Shown: one piece after another, positions 50,828-60,208 of the stretch
Layout of the letters: the number at the start of each line of letters is the position of its first letter
Numbering within the stretch: the stretch's first letter is position 1
NCBI GenBank assembly: GCA_900545225.1
Contig: UQXZ01000005.1
Coordinates: 22,313-86,312 of the forward strand
From: an uncultured Eubacteriales bacterium
Lineage (GTDB): Bacteria > Bacillota > Clostridia > Lachnospirales > Lachnospiraceae
Reading direction: 5' to 3'
DNA: 64,000 nt
The notes under the pieces: generated by a model
What the model saw: only the letters and a program-made list of their open reading frames with translations
The model's database searches: none
Told to the model about the DNA's origin: nothing
Program-made: the position numbers and the translations under genes

Positions 50828-52459
50828 ATGTCTATTTTTTCACAGGCAAAATCAGATATGAGCTTTGTAAAGATTGACCCTAAAAAGCTTTCGAAAAAAG
50901 GCTTGAAGAAGCGAAGAAGAGGACAATCTACAATTGCAGGTATAATAATTTCCATTATTACGGCTGTGTGCATATGTCTGTTTTTATTTAGAATGTTACC
51001 GCTTGGACTTGTACCGTACCTTTATGCGATTTTAGTCGTGGTCATACTTGGGGCATTGTGGGCATATTGTTTCATATCTCAATTTTCAAGGCATAAGCTG
51101 ATAGGTAAGATAGTCGCCATATTCCTGTCCGTTGTATCCATATATGGATTTATGTTTTCTTCCAAGATTGCGGATTCATTTGGAAGTATGGCAGGCGGAA
51201 ATTACGTGAAAAAAGATACTATCGACGTAGTTGTTCTCGACAGAGATAAGGCCAATAATATTGAAGATACACTCAAGTATACATTTGTATATAATGAATC
51301 AAGTGATGTTGACTTAACTAAAAAAGCAATTGGAATGATAAATGAAGAGAACAGTTCAGTTATCGACACAATTAAGTTTAGTGACTGGGATGATGTTTTA
51401 GAGGCATTATATGACAATACTGATGCACAGGCTGTTCTTATTAAGGATAGTATTTATCAGTCAGTTATAAAGGATTCATATTCTTCATATTATGATGAGA
51501 CTAAGGTAGTGGCTCAGTATACTATTTCAACGGAGGTAGCAGCAGCTACAACTGATATCGATGTTTCAAAGGATCCGTTTGTAGTTTATATCTCAGGAAA
51601 TGATGAGCAGGGGGATATCAAGTCTACAGGACGAAGCGACGTTAACATTTTATTAATCGCTAATCCTAAGACAAGAGAGATCCTTATGGTTTCTACTCCA
51701 AGAGATTCATATATTATGGTTGAGGATGCAGAGGGAGACAGAGGTTACGACAAGCTCACTCATGCAGGACTTGCAGGTATCGAGTATTCTGAAAAGGCAC
51801 TTAGTGAACTTTATGGAGTTCCAATTGACTTCTACATGAAGCTGAACTTCACAGGTGTTGTAAATGTAGTAGATTCCCTTGGTGGAATTACAGTTAACTC
51901 AGACGTTGAATTTACTAACGGAACAGATGCGGCACCTATCAGATATCACTTCGAAAAGGGTGAAAATGAGCTTGATGGAGCTATGACACTGGCATTCTGT
52001 AGAGAGAGACATAACTTCGCAGATGGGGACTTCCAGAGAGGAAGAAACCAGATGGCTGCTCTTGACGGAATTATTAAGAAGGTAACTTCTCCTGCAATTT
52101 TAACTAACTATTCAGGTGTTCTTGATGCCTTTTCAAACATGGTATATACAAACATGCCTGTGTCATCATTAACTTCATTAATCCGTTCACAGTTAGCAGG
52201 TGGTGAGCAGTGGCATATTCAATCATATGCTATTGAGGGTGAGCCTTCTGTAAGAAACTGTCAGGTATACGGACTTAAAAATGTTTCTGTAGACATTGTT
52301 GACAAAGATACAGTTGATATAGCTACAGAACTTATTAACAAAACTATAACCGGAGAAAAGGTTGATGTGGAAGAATTTGTTGCTTCTTATACAAGTACAA
52401 ATTCAAGTACAACAGTTAACTCATCATCACTTTATTCGGATGACGACGAAGACGAATAA
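50828..52459 (+). CDS. LytR-CpsA-Psr (LCP) family cell-wall glycopolymer transferase
   Basis: N-terminal TM region, then LCP core motifs (RSDVNILLIANP, STPRDSY, FCRERHNFADGDFQRGRNQ). Confidence 0.8.
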   Translation: MSIFSQAKSDMSFVKIDPKKLSKKGLKKRRRGQSTIAGIIISIITAVCICLFLFRMLPLGLVPYLYAILVVVILGALWAYCFISQFSRHKLIGKIVAIFLSVVSIYGFMFSSKIADSFGSMAGGNYVKKDTIDVVVLDRDKANNIEDTLKYTFVYNESSDVDLTKKAIGMINEENSSVIDTIKFSDWDDVLEALYDNTDAQAVLIKDSIYQSVIKDSYSSYYDETKVVAQYTISTEVAAATTDIDVSKDPFVVYISGNDEQGDIKSTGRSDVNILLIANPKTREILMVSTPRDSYIMVEDAEGDRGYDKLTHAGLAGIEYSEKALSELYGVPIDFYMKLNFTGVVNVVDSLGGITVNSDVEFTNGTDAAPIRYHFEKGENELDGAMTLAFCRERHNFADGDFQRGRNQMAALDGIIKKVTSPAILTNYSGVLDAFSNMVYTNMPVSSLTSLIRSQLAGGEQWHIQSYAIEGEPSVRNCQVYGLKNVSVDIVDKDTVDIATELINKTITGEKVDVEEFVASYTSTNSSTTVNSSSLYSDDDEDE

Positions 52460-52464
52460 AACAT

Positions 52465-52525
52465 AAAAGCAGGCTGGTATGTGGCAGGTATCCATTGGAA
52501 CCCCATATATGGCCTGCTTTTATAA
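52465..52525 (+). terminator. hairpin with a long loop and T-run after the LCP gene
   Basis: AAAAGCAGGC/GCCTGCTTTT 10-bp stem with a 35-nt loop. Confidence 0.4.
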
Positions 52526-52541
52526 CGGGTGCGTGGTATTT

Positions 52542-53915
52542 ATGAATAAAGAATTTGACATAATCGAAGAAGAATTAAATAAGCTTTCGTTTTTTACAAA
52601 TGTTGGAAAAGACCTTGTATATGGAAGGGACAGGATGGACATTTTCCTTGAAAAAGCAGGGCATCCGGAAAAAGCATACCGCATTATTCAGATTGCCGGA
52701 ACAAATGGCAAGGGATCAGTATCTTCATATATAAGTGGTGGACTCCGTTCCTTAGGATTTAAGACAGGAACATTTACATCTCCTCATTTAGTGGATATAC
52801 GTGAGAGAATTGTCGTGAATGGCGAATATATTCCTGTGGATGATTTTGTGAGATTGTATTATCAGGTAAAGGATATAATCGCTTCCATAGATAAAGAAAT
52901 ACATGGTTTTAATCTGGGATATTTTGAATATCTTCAGGCCATGACTCTCATTTACTATGTAGAGTGTGGAATAGATGTGCTCGTAATGGAAACGGGACTT
53001 GGAGGAAGACATGATTCAGCAACTTCCTTAGTTAATCCGGACGTATGTGTACTCGTATCACTGGGACTTGATCACACAGCGATACTTGGTGATACATATG
53101 AGAAAATAGCATATGAAAAATCAGGAATTATGAGAGACGGGGCAGATGTGGTATCCGTCTATCCTGATATAAATGAAGAAGTTAATAAAGCAATTGAAGA
53201 CATATATATTAAAGAAGCTATAAATAATAAATGTAATCTGACATGGGTTTATAAAAATAATATTAAAAGCCTTACATTGAAGGGCGGTTCAATTGATTTT
53301 TCACTGCAAAATGATTATTATAAAAATGTTATTTTTAAATTGGATACACCTGCCATTTACCAGGCAGAAAATGCTTCTGTTGCCTTAACTGCAATCGCTG
53401 TATTTTTAAAGAGACTGGGCCGTAACCTGAATGAACAGGATATTCTGAATCTTCAGGATGCACTGTATAAGGTTCACTGGTCTGCGAGGATGCAGTGTAT
53501 AGGTGATGGAATCTATCTGGATGGAGCTCATAATCCTGAGGGAATAAAGAGATTTGTGGAAAGTGCAGGAGCTATTACTGATGGAGCACATGCAACATTA
53601 GTATTTAGCGCCGTATCTGATAAGAATTTTGGGGGGATGATTAATACTATTGTTAAATCCCGTGTATTTAGTGATTATGTAATAACAGAACTTAATAATA
53701 CATCAAGGGCTCTCGATAAGGATGTAATAAAAAATGCATTTATTTTATCGGGAACTGCTGATATAGAGAATCATTTAATTGTTGAAAATGATGTATATGC
53801 GGCAATTCGCAATGCAATTAAATATCACAACGAATTAAAGTGTGAAGAAAATAGATATTTATTCTTTGTAGGTTCTCTGTATCTGGCTGCAATAGTGGAA
53901 GATTTAATCCAATAG
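52542..53915 (+). CDS. folC: folylpolyglutamate synthase/dihydrofolate synthase
   Basis: Mur-ligase P-loop GTNGKGS. Start set to ATG 52542, since the upstream part of the track ORF lies in the terminator hairpin. The stop is created inside a tandem repeat. Confidence 0.8.
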   Translation: MNKEFDIIEEELNKLSFFTNVGKDLVYGRDRMDIFLEKAGHPEKAYRIIQIAGTNGKGSVSSYISGGLRSLGFKTGTFTSPHLVDIRERIVVNGEYIPVDDFVRLYYQVKDIIASIDKEIHGFNLGYFEYLQAMTLIYYVECGIDVLVMETGLGGRHDSATSLVNPDVCVLVSLGLDHTAILGDTYEKIAYEKSGIMRDGADVVSVYPDINEEVNKAIEDIYIKEAINNKCNLTWVYKNNIKSLTLKGGSIDFSLQNDYYKNVIFKLDTPAIYQAENASVALTAIAVFLKRLGRNLNEQDILNLQDALYKVHWSARMQCIGDGIYLDGAHNPEGIKRFVESAGAITDGAHATLVFSAVSDKNFGGMINTIVKSRVFSDYVITELNNTSRALDKDVIKNAFILSGTADIENHLIVENDVYAAIRNAIKYHNELKCEENRYLFFVGSLYLAAIVEDLIQ

Positions 53916-53950
53916 TGGAAGATTTAATCCAATAGTGGAAGATTTAATCA
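53891..53950 (+). repeat. three tandem copies of a 20-bp unit at the folC 3' end
   Basis: AATAGTGGAAGATTTAATCC x2 (identical), then AATAGTGGAAGATTTAATCA. Confidence 0.95.
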
Positions 53951-53963
53951 AGGAAGAAAAGCA

Positions 53964-54128
53964 ATGATAGATTTAGAAGAAGAATTAAAGAAATTTCGTC
54001 CGAGCCTTGAAGTGGACGAAGCTGAAGCGGCTATATTTGAAGGTGACGCACCGGATATGACAGATTTATTCTATAAAATGTTGGAAGATGTAGATAAACA
54101 TAACCTTATTAATAACGAGAATAAGTAA
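53964..54128 (+). CDS. small acidic hypothetical protein (54 aa)
   Basis: MIDLEEELKKFRPSLEVDEAEAAIFEGDAPDMTDLFYKMLEDVDKHNLINNENK. SD AAGGAAG 7 nt upstream. Below the ORF-track length cutoff. Confidence 0.5.
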   Translation: MIDLEEELKKFRPSLEVDEAEAAIFEGDAPDMTDLFYKMLEDVDKHNLINNENK

Positions 54129-54144
54129 GTCAGGGGAAGAATAA

Positions 54145-55545
54145 ATGAAATGTAACATTTGTGGTGCAGAGCTTTTAAAGGGTGATATTTGTCCGGAATG
54201 CGGGCAGAACATATCATTTTATAAAAAATGTGCTGCAAGATCCAATTCATATTATAATGCGGCTCTTGAAAAGGCTAAGGCAAGAAATTTAACAGGTGCA
54301 ATCAGCCTGCTTAAAACAAGTCTTTTTTTAGATAAAAAAAATATAAATGCCCGTAACCTTTTGGGACTCTGCTACTACGAAAGAGGAGATGTAGTAGAGG
54401 GTGTCAGCCAGTGGATCATCAGCAGAAAATTTAAAAGCGAAAACAACAGAGCAATCGAATATATTGAATACATAGAATCGGATTCATCTAAATTTAATGA
54501 ATATACGGCTATGGTCAGAAAATACAATGAAGTCCTTGAATATGCTCATCAGGGAAGTATTGATATTGCAATGATTCAGCTTAAAAATGTTGTTCAGAAG
54601 TTTCCTAAGTTTTCTAAAGCGCAGGCTCTCATGGGACTTTTCTATATGTATAAAGATGCATATATGAAGGGAGAGAAAGCCTTAAATCAGGCTTTAAGCA
54701 TTGATTCAGGTAATACTGTGGCGGCAAATCTGCTTCAGAAATTACAGAAACTTAAAAAAACGAAAAAACAGCCAAAGACTCCGATAGAGACACTTCTTGC
54801 AGAGGATGACAATGTTAATGAAAGAGCACCTCTTAGTGGTGATGATGTAATTATTCCTGAATCAGCATTTAAGAAGACTAATATGGCTACATTTTCAATT
54901 ATTAATATAATCATCGGTATTGCCATTGGTGCAGCGGTTATCTTTTTCCTTGTTGTTCCTGCAAAGGAAAGACTGGTTGTATCTGATTATAACCAGACAA
55001 TTGAAGATTATAGTAAGCAGCTTTCAGAAGCTAATTCCAAGCTGACAGATGCTAATTCTAATATTGAATCAATCACAAAGGAAAGAGATGCATTAAAGAC
55101 TCAGCTTGGTGAAGTAAGCGGTGATGGCGGAGTCAATAAGTACTTAACAACACTTATTCAGGCTTCTGAAAAATTTGTTGACAACGATATTGCAGGAACA
55201 GTGGAAGTGTTGACGGATTTAGACAGCGCTGATGTATTGCCAAATGATGCCGCAAAAACTCTCTATAATAATTTAAAAGAGAAGACATTTTCTCAGGGTT
55301 CAGAGCAACTTTTAACTAATGGTAAGAGCGCATATAATTCAGAGAATTATGAAACAGCAGCAAATCTCTGCTCTAAAGCCTATAAGGCAGACAATAAGTT
55401 AGAGGAAGCCGTATATTATGCTGCAAAATCATATGAAGCTCTGAACAATGCTGATAAGGCAAAGGAAAACTATAGAATAATTATTAATAATTTTGCTGAC
55501 GGCCAGTATTTTAATGAGGCTACAGCATATGTGAGTACACATTAA
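54145..55545 (+). CDS. zinc-ribbon / TPR-repeat membrane protein
   Basis: N-terminal CNICG...CPECG, TPR-like repeats, one TM segment (FSIINIIIGIAIGAAVIFFLVV), a coiled coil, and C-terminal TPR. Confidence 0.65.
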   Translation: MKCNICGAELLKGDICPECGQNISFYKKCAARSNSYYNAALEKAKARNLTGAISLLKTSLFLDKKNINARNLLGLCYYERGDVVEGVSQWIISRKFKSENNRAIEYIEYIESDSSKFNEYTAMVRKYNEVLEYAHQGSIDIAMIQLKNVVQKFPKFSKAQALMGLFYMYKDAYMKGEKALNQALSIDSGNTVAANLLQKLQKLKKTKKQPKTPIETLLAEDDNVNERAPLSGDDVIIPESAFKKTNMATFSIINIIIGIAIGAAVIFFLVVPAKERLVVSDYNQTIEDYSKQLSEANSKLTDANSNIESITKERDALKTQLGEVSGDGGVNKYLTTLIQASEKFVDNDIAGTVEVLTDLDSADVLPNDAAKTLYNNLKEKTFSQGSEQLLTNGKSAYNSENYETAANLCSKAYKADNKLEEAVYYAAKSYEALNNADKAKENYRIIINNFADGQYFNEATAYVSTH

Positions 55546-56246
55546 TGAATACAATCATAAAGAAACCGGGATTCGGTGAACTTGTTGAAAAAAAGTCAAA
55601 GTTTTTATCTGAGGCTTATCATATTGAAACTGTGGAAGAAGCGGAAGAATATATTGCCCAGACAAAGCATACACACTATGCAGCAAAGCATTGGGTGTAT
55701 GCATATATTCTGGACAATGGTGCAAAGGTAAAATATTGCGATGACGGGGAACCTCAGGGAACTGCCGGAAGACCATTGCTGGATCTTTTGCACAACATGA
55801 AGCTTACTAACTGTATTGTTATAGTTACAAGATATTTCGGAGGTGTCCTTCTTGGAACTGGCGGTCTTGTGAGAGCATATACAGATTCTGCAAAACTTGC
55901 TCTGGAGAATTGTGAATTTTCTGTATTTACAGAGGGTGTCAGCATAGTTGCAGATGTGGATTATACTAATTTCGAAGAATTTAAGTATAAGGTAAATCAG
56001 TTAAATACAAGACTGGTAAATGAAATCTATGCTGATAATGATGAAATTCAGGGCATCACTTTAAATGATAAGTTTTTAAGAGTTTTAAGAATCACGGATA
56101 TTGAATATACAGACATTTGCAGAATACATCTTATCTGTACAGATGAAGTAAAAGATATATTTGTATCTGAGATAACTGAAGGCTTTGCAGGTAAAATTGA
56201 GCTGGATGTTGGAGATACCGAGTTAATAGAGCTTATATATGAGTAA
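55545..56246 (+). CDS. yigZ: YigZ/IMPACT-family protein
   Basis: KSKFLSEAYHIETVEEAEEYI...HYAAKHWVYAY...DDGEPQGTAG pattern of UPF0029. TAATG overlap with the upstream gene. Confidence 0.75.
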   Translation: MNTIIKKPGFGELVEKKSKFLSEAYHIETVEEAEEYIAQTKHTHYAAKHWVYAYILDNGAKVKYCDDGEPQGTAGRPLLDLLHNMKLTNCIVIVTRYFGGVLLGTGGLVRAYTDSAKLALENCEFSVFTEGVSIVADVDYTNFEEFKYKVNQLNTRLVNEIYADNDEIQGITLNDKFLRVLRITDIEYTDICRIHLICTDEVKDIFVSEITEGFAGKIELDVGDTELIELIYE

Positions 56247-56352
56247 GGATAAGGCCTGCATATATAGGCTTAACTTGTTTTGTTGATTTAAATAAAACTG
56301 TATTTATCGATAATGATTACAGATAAAACTAAGATAGAAAAGAGGTAATGAC

Positions 56353-56520
56353 ATGAGCAGAATCTTAGAAGACGATAAGGAAAATGAAATATTGGTTGCA
56401 AGACGCCTTATAGAGGGCAATGCAAATCTTGACATTTCTTCTATTGCAGCCATTTCAGGACTCTCAGAAGAAGACATTGAACTTTTGATTGACGATATAA
56501 ATAAAGAGAAAAACCAGTAA
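56353..56520 (+). CDS. small hypothetical protein (55 aa), first gene of the DUF5685/J-domain module
   Basis: MSRILEDDKENEILVARRLIEGNANLDISSIAAISGLSEEDIELLIDDINKEKNQ. SD AAGAGG. Its TAA overlaps the ATG of the next gene (TAATG). Confidence 0.5.
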   Translation: MSRILEDDKENEILVARRLIEGNANLDISSIAAISGLSEEDIELLIDDINKEKNQ

Positions 56521-57359
56521 TGTATGGATATATACGAACCAATGAACCTGAACTTAAAGTAAAGGAGCTGGCGGTTTACAGAAGTGCCTACTGTGGCCTT
56601 TGCGATTCGCTTGTTAAAAGACACGGCAGAATTGCGCAAATGACTCTCGAGCACGACATGACATTTTTAGTGCTACTGCTTGAGGGACTCTATGAACCTA
56701 AGGTTACACATATGCAGGGAAGATGTATTGTTCATCCGATTCAGAAGCACAGATTTGATAAATCTGAAATTACGGACTATGCCGCAGACATGAATGTGCT
56801 TATGGCATGGCATAAGATAAATGATGATGTGTATGATGAGGGTAAGTTTACATCTAAGGCCATGCGCAGGATGCTTTATAAAAGATTTAAGGTTGTAAAT
56901 GATAAATATCCTGAAAAATCCAGGCATATCATGAAAGCTCTTTCCAGACTTAATACTCTTGAAAATAAAAAATCAGAGGAATTAGACAAGGTGACCGGAG
57001 CATTTGGTGAGGTGCTTGGAGAATGTTTCGCATATAAAAACGATCATTGGAAGGATGCACTTTATAATTTAGGATATGCACTAGGCGAATTTATATATAT
57101 AATGGATGCATATGATGACTTGGAGAAGGATGAGGCGAAAAACGAATACAATCCTCTGAGTTGTAAAAAGAAAAGTTTTAGTAACAATACAGAATTCGAT
57201 AAATATGTTGAAGCGGTTCTTAATATTTCAATGGCAAGGGTAGCGGATATTTTTGAGAAGTTACCTGTTATTAAAAATGCAGAATTGCTTAGAAACATAA
57301 TTTATGCCGGTGTATGGCTCAGATGGGATGAATTACATACCGGCAAATGTAAAAAATAA
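56520..57359 (+). CDS. DUF5685-like protein
   Basis: N-terminus MYGYIRTNEPELKVKELAVYRSAYCGLC recalled as the DUF5685 signature. Predicted all-helical, with Asp-rich DDVYD and DAYDDLEKDE. Confidence 0.6.
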   Translation: MYGYIRTNEPELKVKELAVYRSAYCGLCDSLVKRHGRIAQMTLEHDMTFLVLLLEGLYEPKVTHMQGRCIVHPIQKHRFDKSEITDYAADMNVLMAWHKINDDVYDEGKFTSKAMRRMLYKRFKVVNDKYPEKSRHIMKALSRLNTLENKKSEELDKVTGAFGEVLGECFAYKNDHWKDALYNLGYALGEFIYIMDAYDDLEKDEAKNEYNPLSCKKKSFSNNTEFDKYVEAVLNISMARVADIFEKLPVIKNAELLRNIIYAGVWLRWDELHTGKCKK

Positions 57360-57369
57360 TGAGGTGAAC

Positions 57370-58188
57370 ATGGATCCATATAAAGTTCTTGGAGTTTCGC
57401 CGTCAGCTACTGATGACGAAGTGAAAAAGGCATATAGAAGACTTAGTAGAAAATATCACCCTGATGCAAATGTTAATAAATCAAAACAGGAGCAGGAGGC
57501 TGCTGAGGAGAACTTCAAAAAGGTTCAGATGGCCTACGACACTATTGTTAAAATGAGATCCGGCAAAGGTACATCCAACGGTTACGGCAGTAACGGTTAT
57601 TACGGTGGATACGGCAATAGCGGTTCACAGGGTAACTATGGTGGCGGGTATTACGGAAATTCAGGAAATTCTGGTAATTCAGGCGGTTATGGCAATTCCG
57701 GCGGCTACGGTGGATTCGGTGGTAACTGGTGGGATGCTTTCGGATTTGGAGGAGGCTATTCAACAAACTATGCCGATGAAGCTCGTAAGTGGGGTGATGA
57801 TCAGACTTCACAGAGACTTCGTGCCGCAATTAATTATACAAGTGCAGGAAGCTACAATGAGGCTTTAAACATTTTGAACAATATTAATGAAAGAGATGCC
57901 AGATGGTATTTCGTTATGTCATTTGTTCAGAGTGGTCTTGGCAACAATTCAGCGGCCTTAGAAAATGCTGCCAAAGCAAAACAGATGGATCCAGATAATG
58001 AAACTTATAATAACTTATACAGACAGTTATACGGAGGCGGAGCCGGTTATGCCAACACCGGCAGACAATATGGAAGAAAAGGCGGAATGAATCAGGCTTT
58101 TTTATGCCTTCCTGCTGCAGTATGTGTAGGTATTAATGCCTGCAGTATGCTGGGAGGCGGAAGAATGGGATATACATTTTGCTGTTAA
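57370..58188 (+). CDS. J-domain protein with a G/Y/N/S-rich repeat region and a Cys-rich hydrophobic C-terminus
   Basis: DPYKVLGVSPSATDDEVKKAYRRLSRKYHPD J-domain with HPD. Start set to ATG 57370 behind GAGGTG. Confidence 0.75.
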   Translation: MDPYKVLGVSPSATDDEVKKAYRRLSRKYHPDANVNKSKQEQEAAEENFKKVQMAYDTIVKMRSGKGTSNGYGSNGYYGGYGNSGSQGNYGGGYYGNSGNSGNSGGYGNSGGYGGFGGNWWDAFGFGGGYSTNYADEARKWGDDQTSQRLRAAINYTSAGSYNEALNILNNINERDARWYFVMSFVQSGLGNNSAALENAAKAKQMDPDNETYNNLYRQLYGGGAGYANTGRQYGRKGGMNQAFLCLPAAVCVGINACSMLGGGRMGYTFCC

Positions 58189-58204
58189 ATATAGGAGTGA
58201 GCAA

Positions 58205-60208
58205 ATGTCAGAGAATAATAAAAAAGGGACATATTATATAACTACTGCCATTGCATATGCGTCAGGTAAACCGCATATCGGCAACACATATGAAATGATT
58301 CTTGCAGATGCAATCGTAAGATATAAGAGATTACAGGGATATGATGCAAGATTACAGACAGGTACTGATGAGCACGGTCAGAAGATTGAAGATAAGGCAA
58401 CTGCTGCAGGTGTAACACCTCAGGAGTACGTAGATAAAATCAGTACAGAAATCAAGAGAATCTATGACCTTGTAGATATGTCATATGACAAGTTTATCAG
58501 AACTACAGATGATTATCACAAGATTCAGGTTCAGAAGATTTTCAGAAAATTATATGACAAGGGTGATATTTACAAAGGTGTTTACAAGGGAATGTACTGT
58601 AAGGCATGTGAATCATTCTTTACAGAGCAGCAGCTTGTAGACGGTAAGTGTCCTGACTGCGGCGGTGAAGTATACCCTGCAGAAGAGGAAGCTTACTTCT
58701 TCAAAATGAGTAAATATGCTGACAGCTTATTAAAGCATATAGAGGATAATCCAACTTTCATTCAGCCTGAATCAAGAAAGAATGAAATGGTTAACAACTT
58801 CATTAAGCCGGGCTTAAAGGATCTCTGTGTTTCAAGAACATCATTTAAATGGGGTGTTCCTGTAGATTTCGATCCTGATCACGTAATTTATGTATGGATT
58901 GATGCTCTTGCAAACTATATTACAGGTCTTGGTTACGATGCAGACGGTAATTCTGATGAATTATATAACAAGTACTGGCCTGCAGATCTTCACCTTATTG
59001 GAAAGGACATCCTTCGTTTCCATACTATTTACTGGCCTATTATGCTTATGGCTCTTGATTTACCACTTCCAAAGCAGGTATTTGGTCATCCGTGGTTACT
59101 TAAGAACGATGGTAAGATGAGTAAGTCAAAGGGAAATGTTATCTATGCTGATGATATCGTAGATATTTTCGGCGTTGATGCAGTAAGATACTTCTGCCTT
59201 CATGAGATGCCATTTGAAAATGACGGTGTTATTTCATGGGATCTTATGCTTGAAAGATATGATTCAGAACTTGCCAATACACTTGGTAACCTTGTAAAGA
59301 GAACTGTTTCAATGGCTAACAAGTACCTTGGCGGAGACCTTAAGCAGACAGGCGTTAAGTTTACAACACAGGAAGGTTTACTTTCAGCTGACGGTACAGA
59401 AATTGATAAGTCTCTTATTGATGTTGTTACAGCAGCAAAGGGTATTATCGAAGATAAGATGAAGGATCTCAGAGTTGCAGATGCTCTTACAGAAGTATTT
59501 AAGATCTTCAAGAGATGTAATAAATATATCGATGAGACAGAGCCATGGATTCTTGGTAAGGATGAGGTTTCCAAGGAAAGATTATCTGAAGTTTTATATA
59601 ACTTAGCAGAGAGTATTACTATCGGAGCTAACCTTCTTGAACCATTTATGCCTTCTACATCTAAGGCTATTATGGGCGAGTTCTTCTCAAATCCTGAAGA
59701 TGGAGTAAGAGAATATGACAGCCTCGGCGAATTTGGTTTAGTTAAGGAATACAAGGTTAACGAAAATCCTAATACATTATTTATGAGAAAGGATTTCGAT
59801 GAAACAAAGAAACTTGTTGAAGAAATCGAAGCTAAGCAGAGACAGGCAGCAAAACCTGAATATCCTGAAGTTGAAATCAAGCCTGAAATTGGTATTGAGG
59901 ATTTCGGAAAGGTACAGATAAGAGTTGGTGAAGTAATCAAATGTGAGCCTGTAACTAAGTCAAAGAAGCTTCTTGTATCACAGATCAAAATCGGTGATGA
60001 AGTTAGACAGGTTGTTTCAGGTATCTCAGAATATTACAAGCCTGAAGAAATGTTAGGTAAGAAGGTTGCTGTTGTAACAAATCTCAAGCCTGCAAAGCTC
60101 TGTGGAGTTGAGTCACAGGGAATGATTCTTGCAGCATCAGATGATAAGGGTAATCTTTCAGTACTTACATTAGATAAAGATATTATTGCGGGAAGTGAAA
60201 TAAGATGA
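58205..60208 (+). CDS. metG: methionine--tRNA ligase with a C-terminal tRNA-binding domain
   Basis: HIGN (HIGH) and KMSKS motifs, zinc knuckle CKAC...CPDCGG. Start set to ATG 58205 behind GGAGTG. Confidence 0.9.
   Translation: MSENNKKGTYYITTAIAYASGKPHIGNTYEMILADAIVRYKRLQGYDARLQTGTDEHGQKIEDKATAAGVTPQEYVDKISTEIKRIYDLVDMSYDKFIRTTDDYHKIQVQKIFRKLYDKGDIYKGVYKGMYCKACESFFTEQQLVDGKCPDCGGEVYPAEEEAYFFKMSKYADSLLKHIEDNPTFIQPESRKNEMVNNFIKPGLKDLCVSRTSFKWGVPVDFDPDHVIYVWIDALANYITGLGYDADGNSDELYNKYWPADLHLIGKDILRFHTIYWPIMLMALDLPLPKQVFGHPWLLKNDGKMSKSKGNVIYADDIVDIFGVDAVRYFCLHEMPFENDGVISWDLMLERYDSELANTLGNLVKRTVSMANKYLGGDLKQTGVKFTTQEGLLSADGTEIDKSLIDVVTAAKGIIEDKMKDLRVADALTEVFKIFKRCNKYIDETEPWILGKDEVSKERLSEVLYNLAESITIGANLLEPFMPSTSKAIMGEFFSNPEDGVREYDSLGEFGLVKEYKVNENPNTLFMRKDFDETKKLVEEIEAKQRQAAKPEYPEVEIKPEIGIEDFGKVQIRVGEVIKCEPVTKSKKLLVSQIKIGDEVRQVVSGISEYYKPEEMLGKKVAVVTNLKPAKLCGVESQGMILAASDDKGNLSVLTLDKDIIAGSEIR

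Noticed and set aside
53891-53950. Possible CRISPR array or other spacer-containing repeat.
   Set aside because: The three 20-bp units are directly adjacent with no spacers. There are no cas genes in the window. It is a simple tandem duplication.
59200-59988. 262-aa minus-strand ORF, the longest antisense ORF in the track.
   Set aside because: It lies entirely inside metG, which has HIGH/KMSKS motifs and a proper SD. The antisense translation is Ser/Leu/Ile-rich low complexity, with no SD and no recognisable motif. This is a typical shadow ORF of an AT-rich gene.
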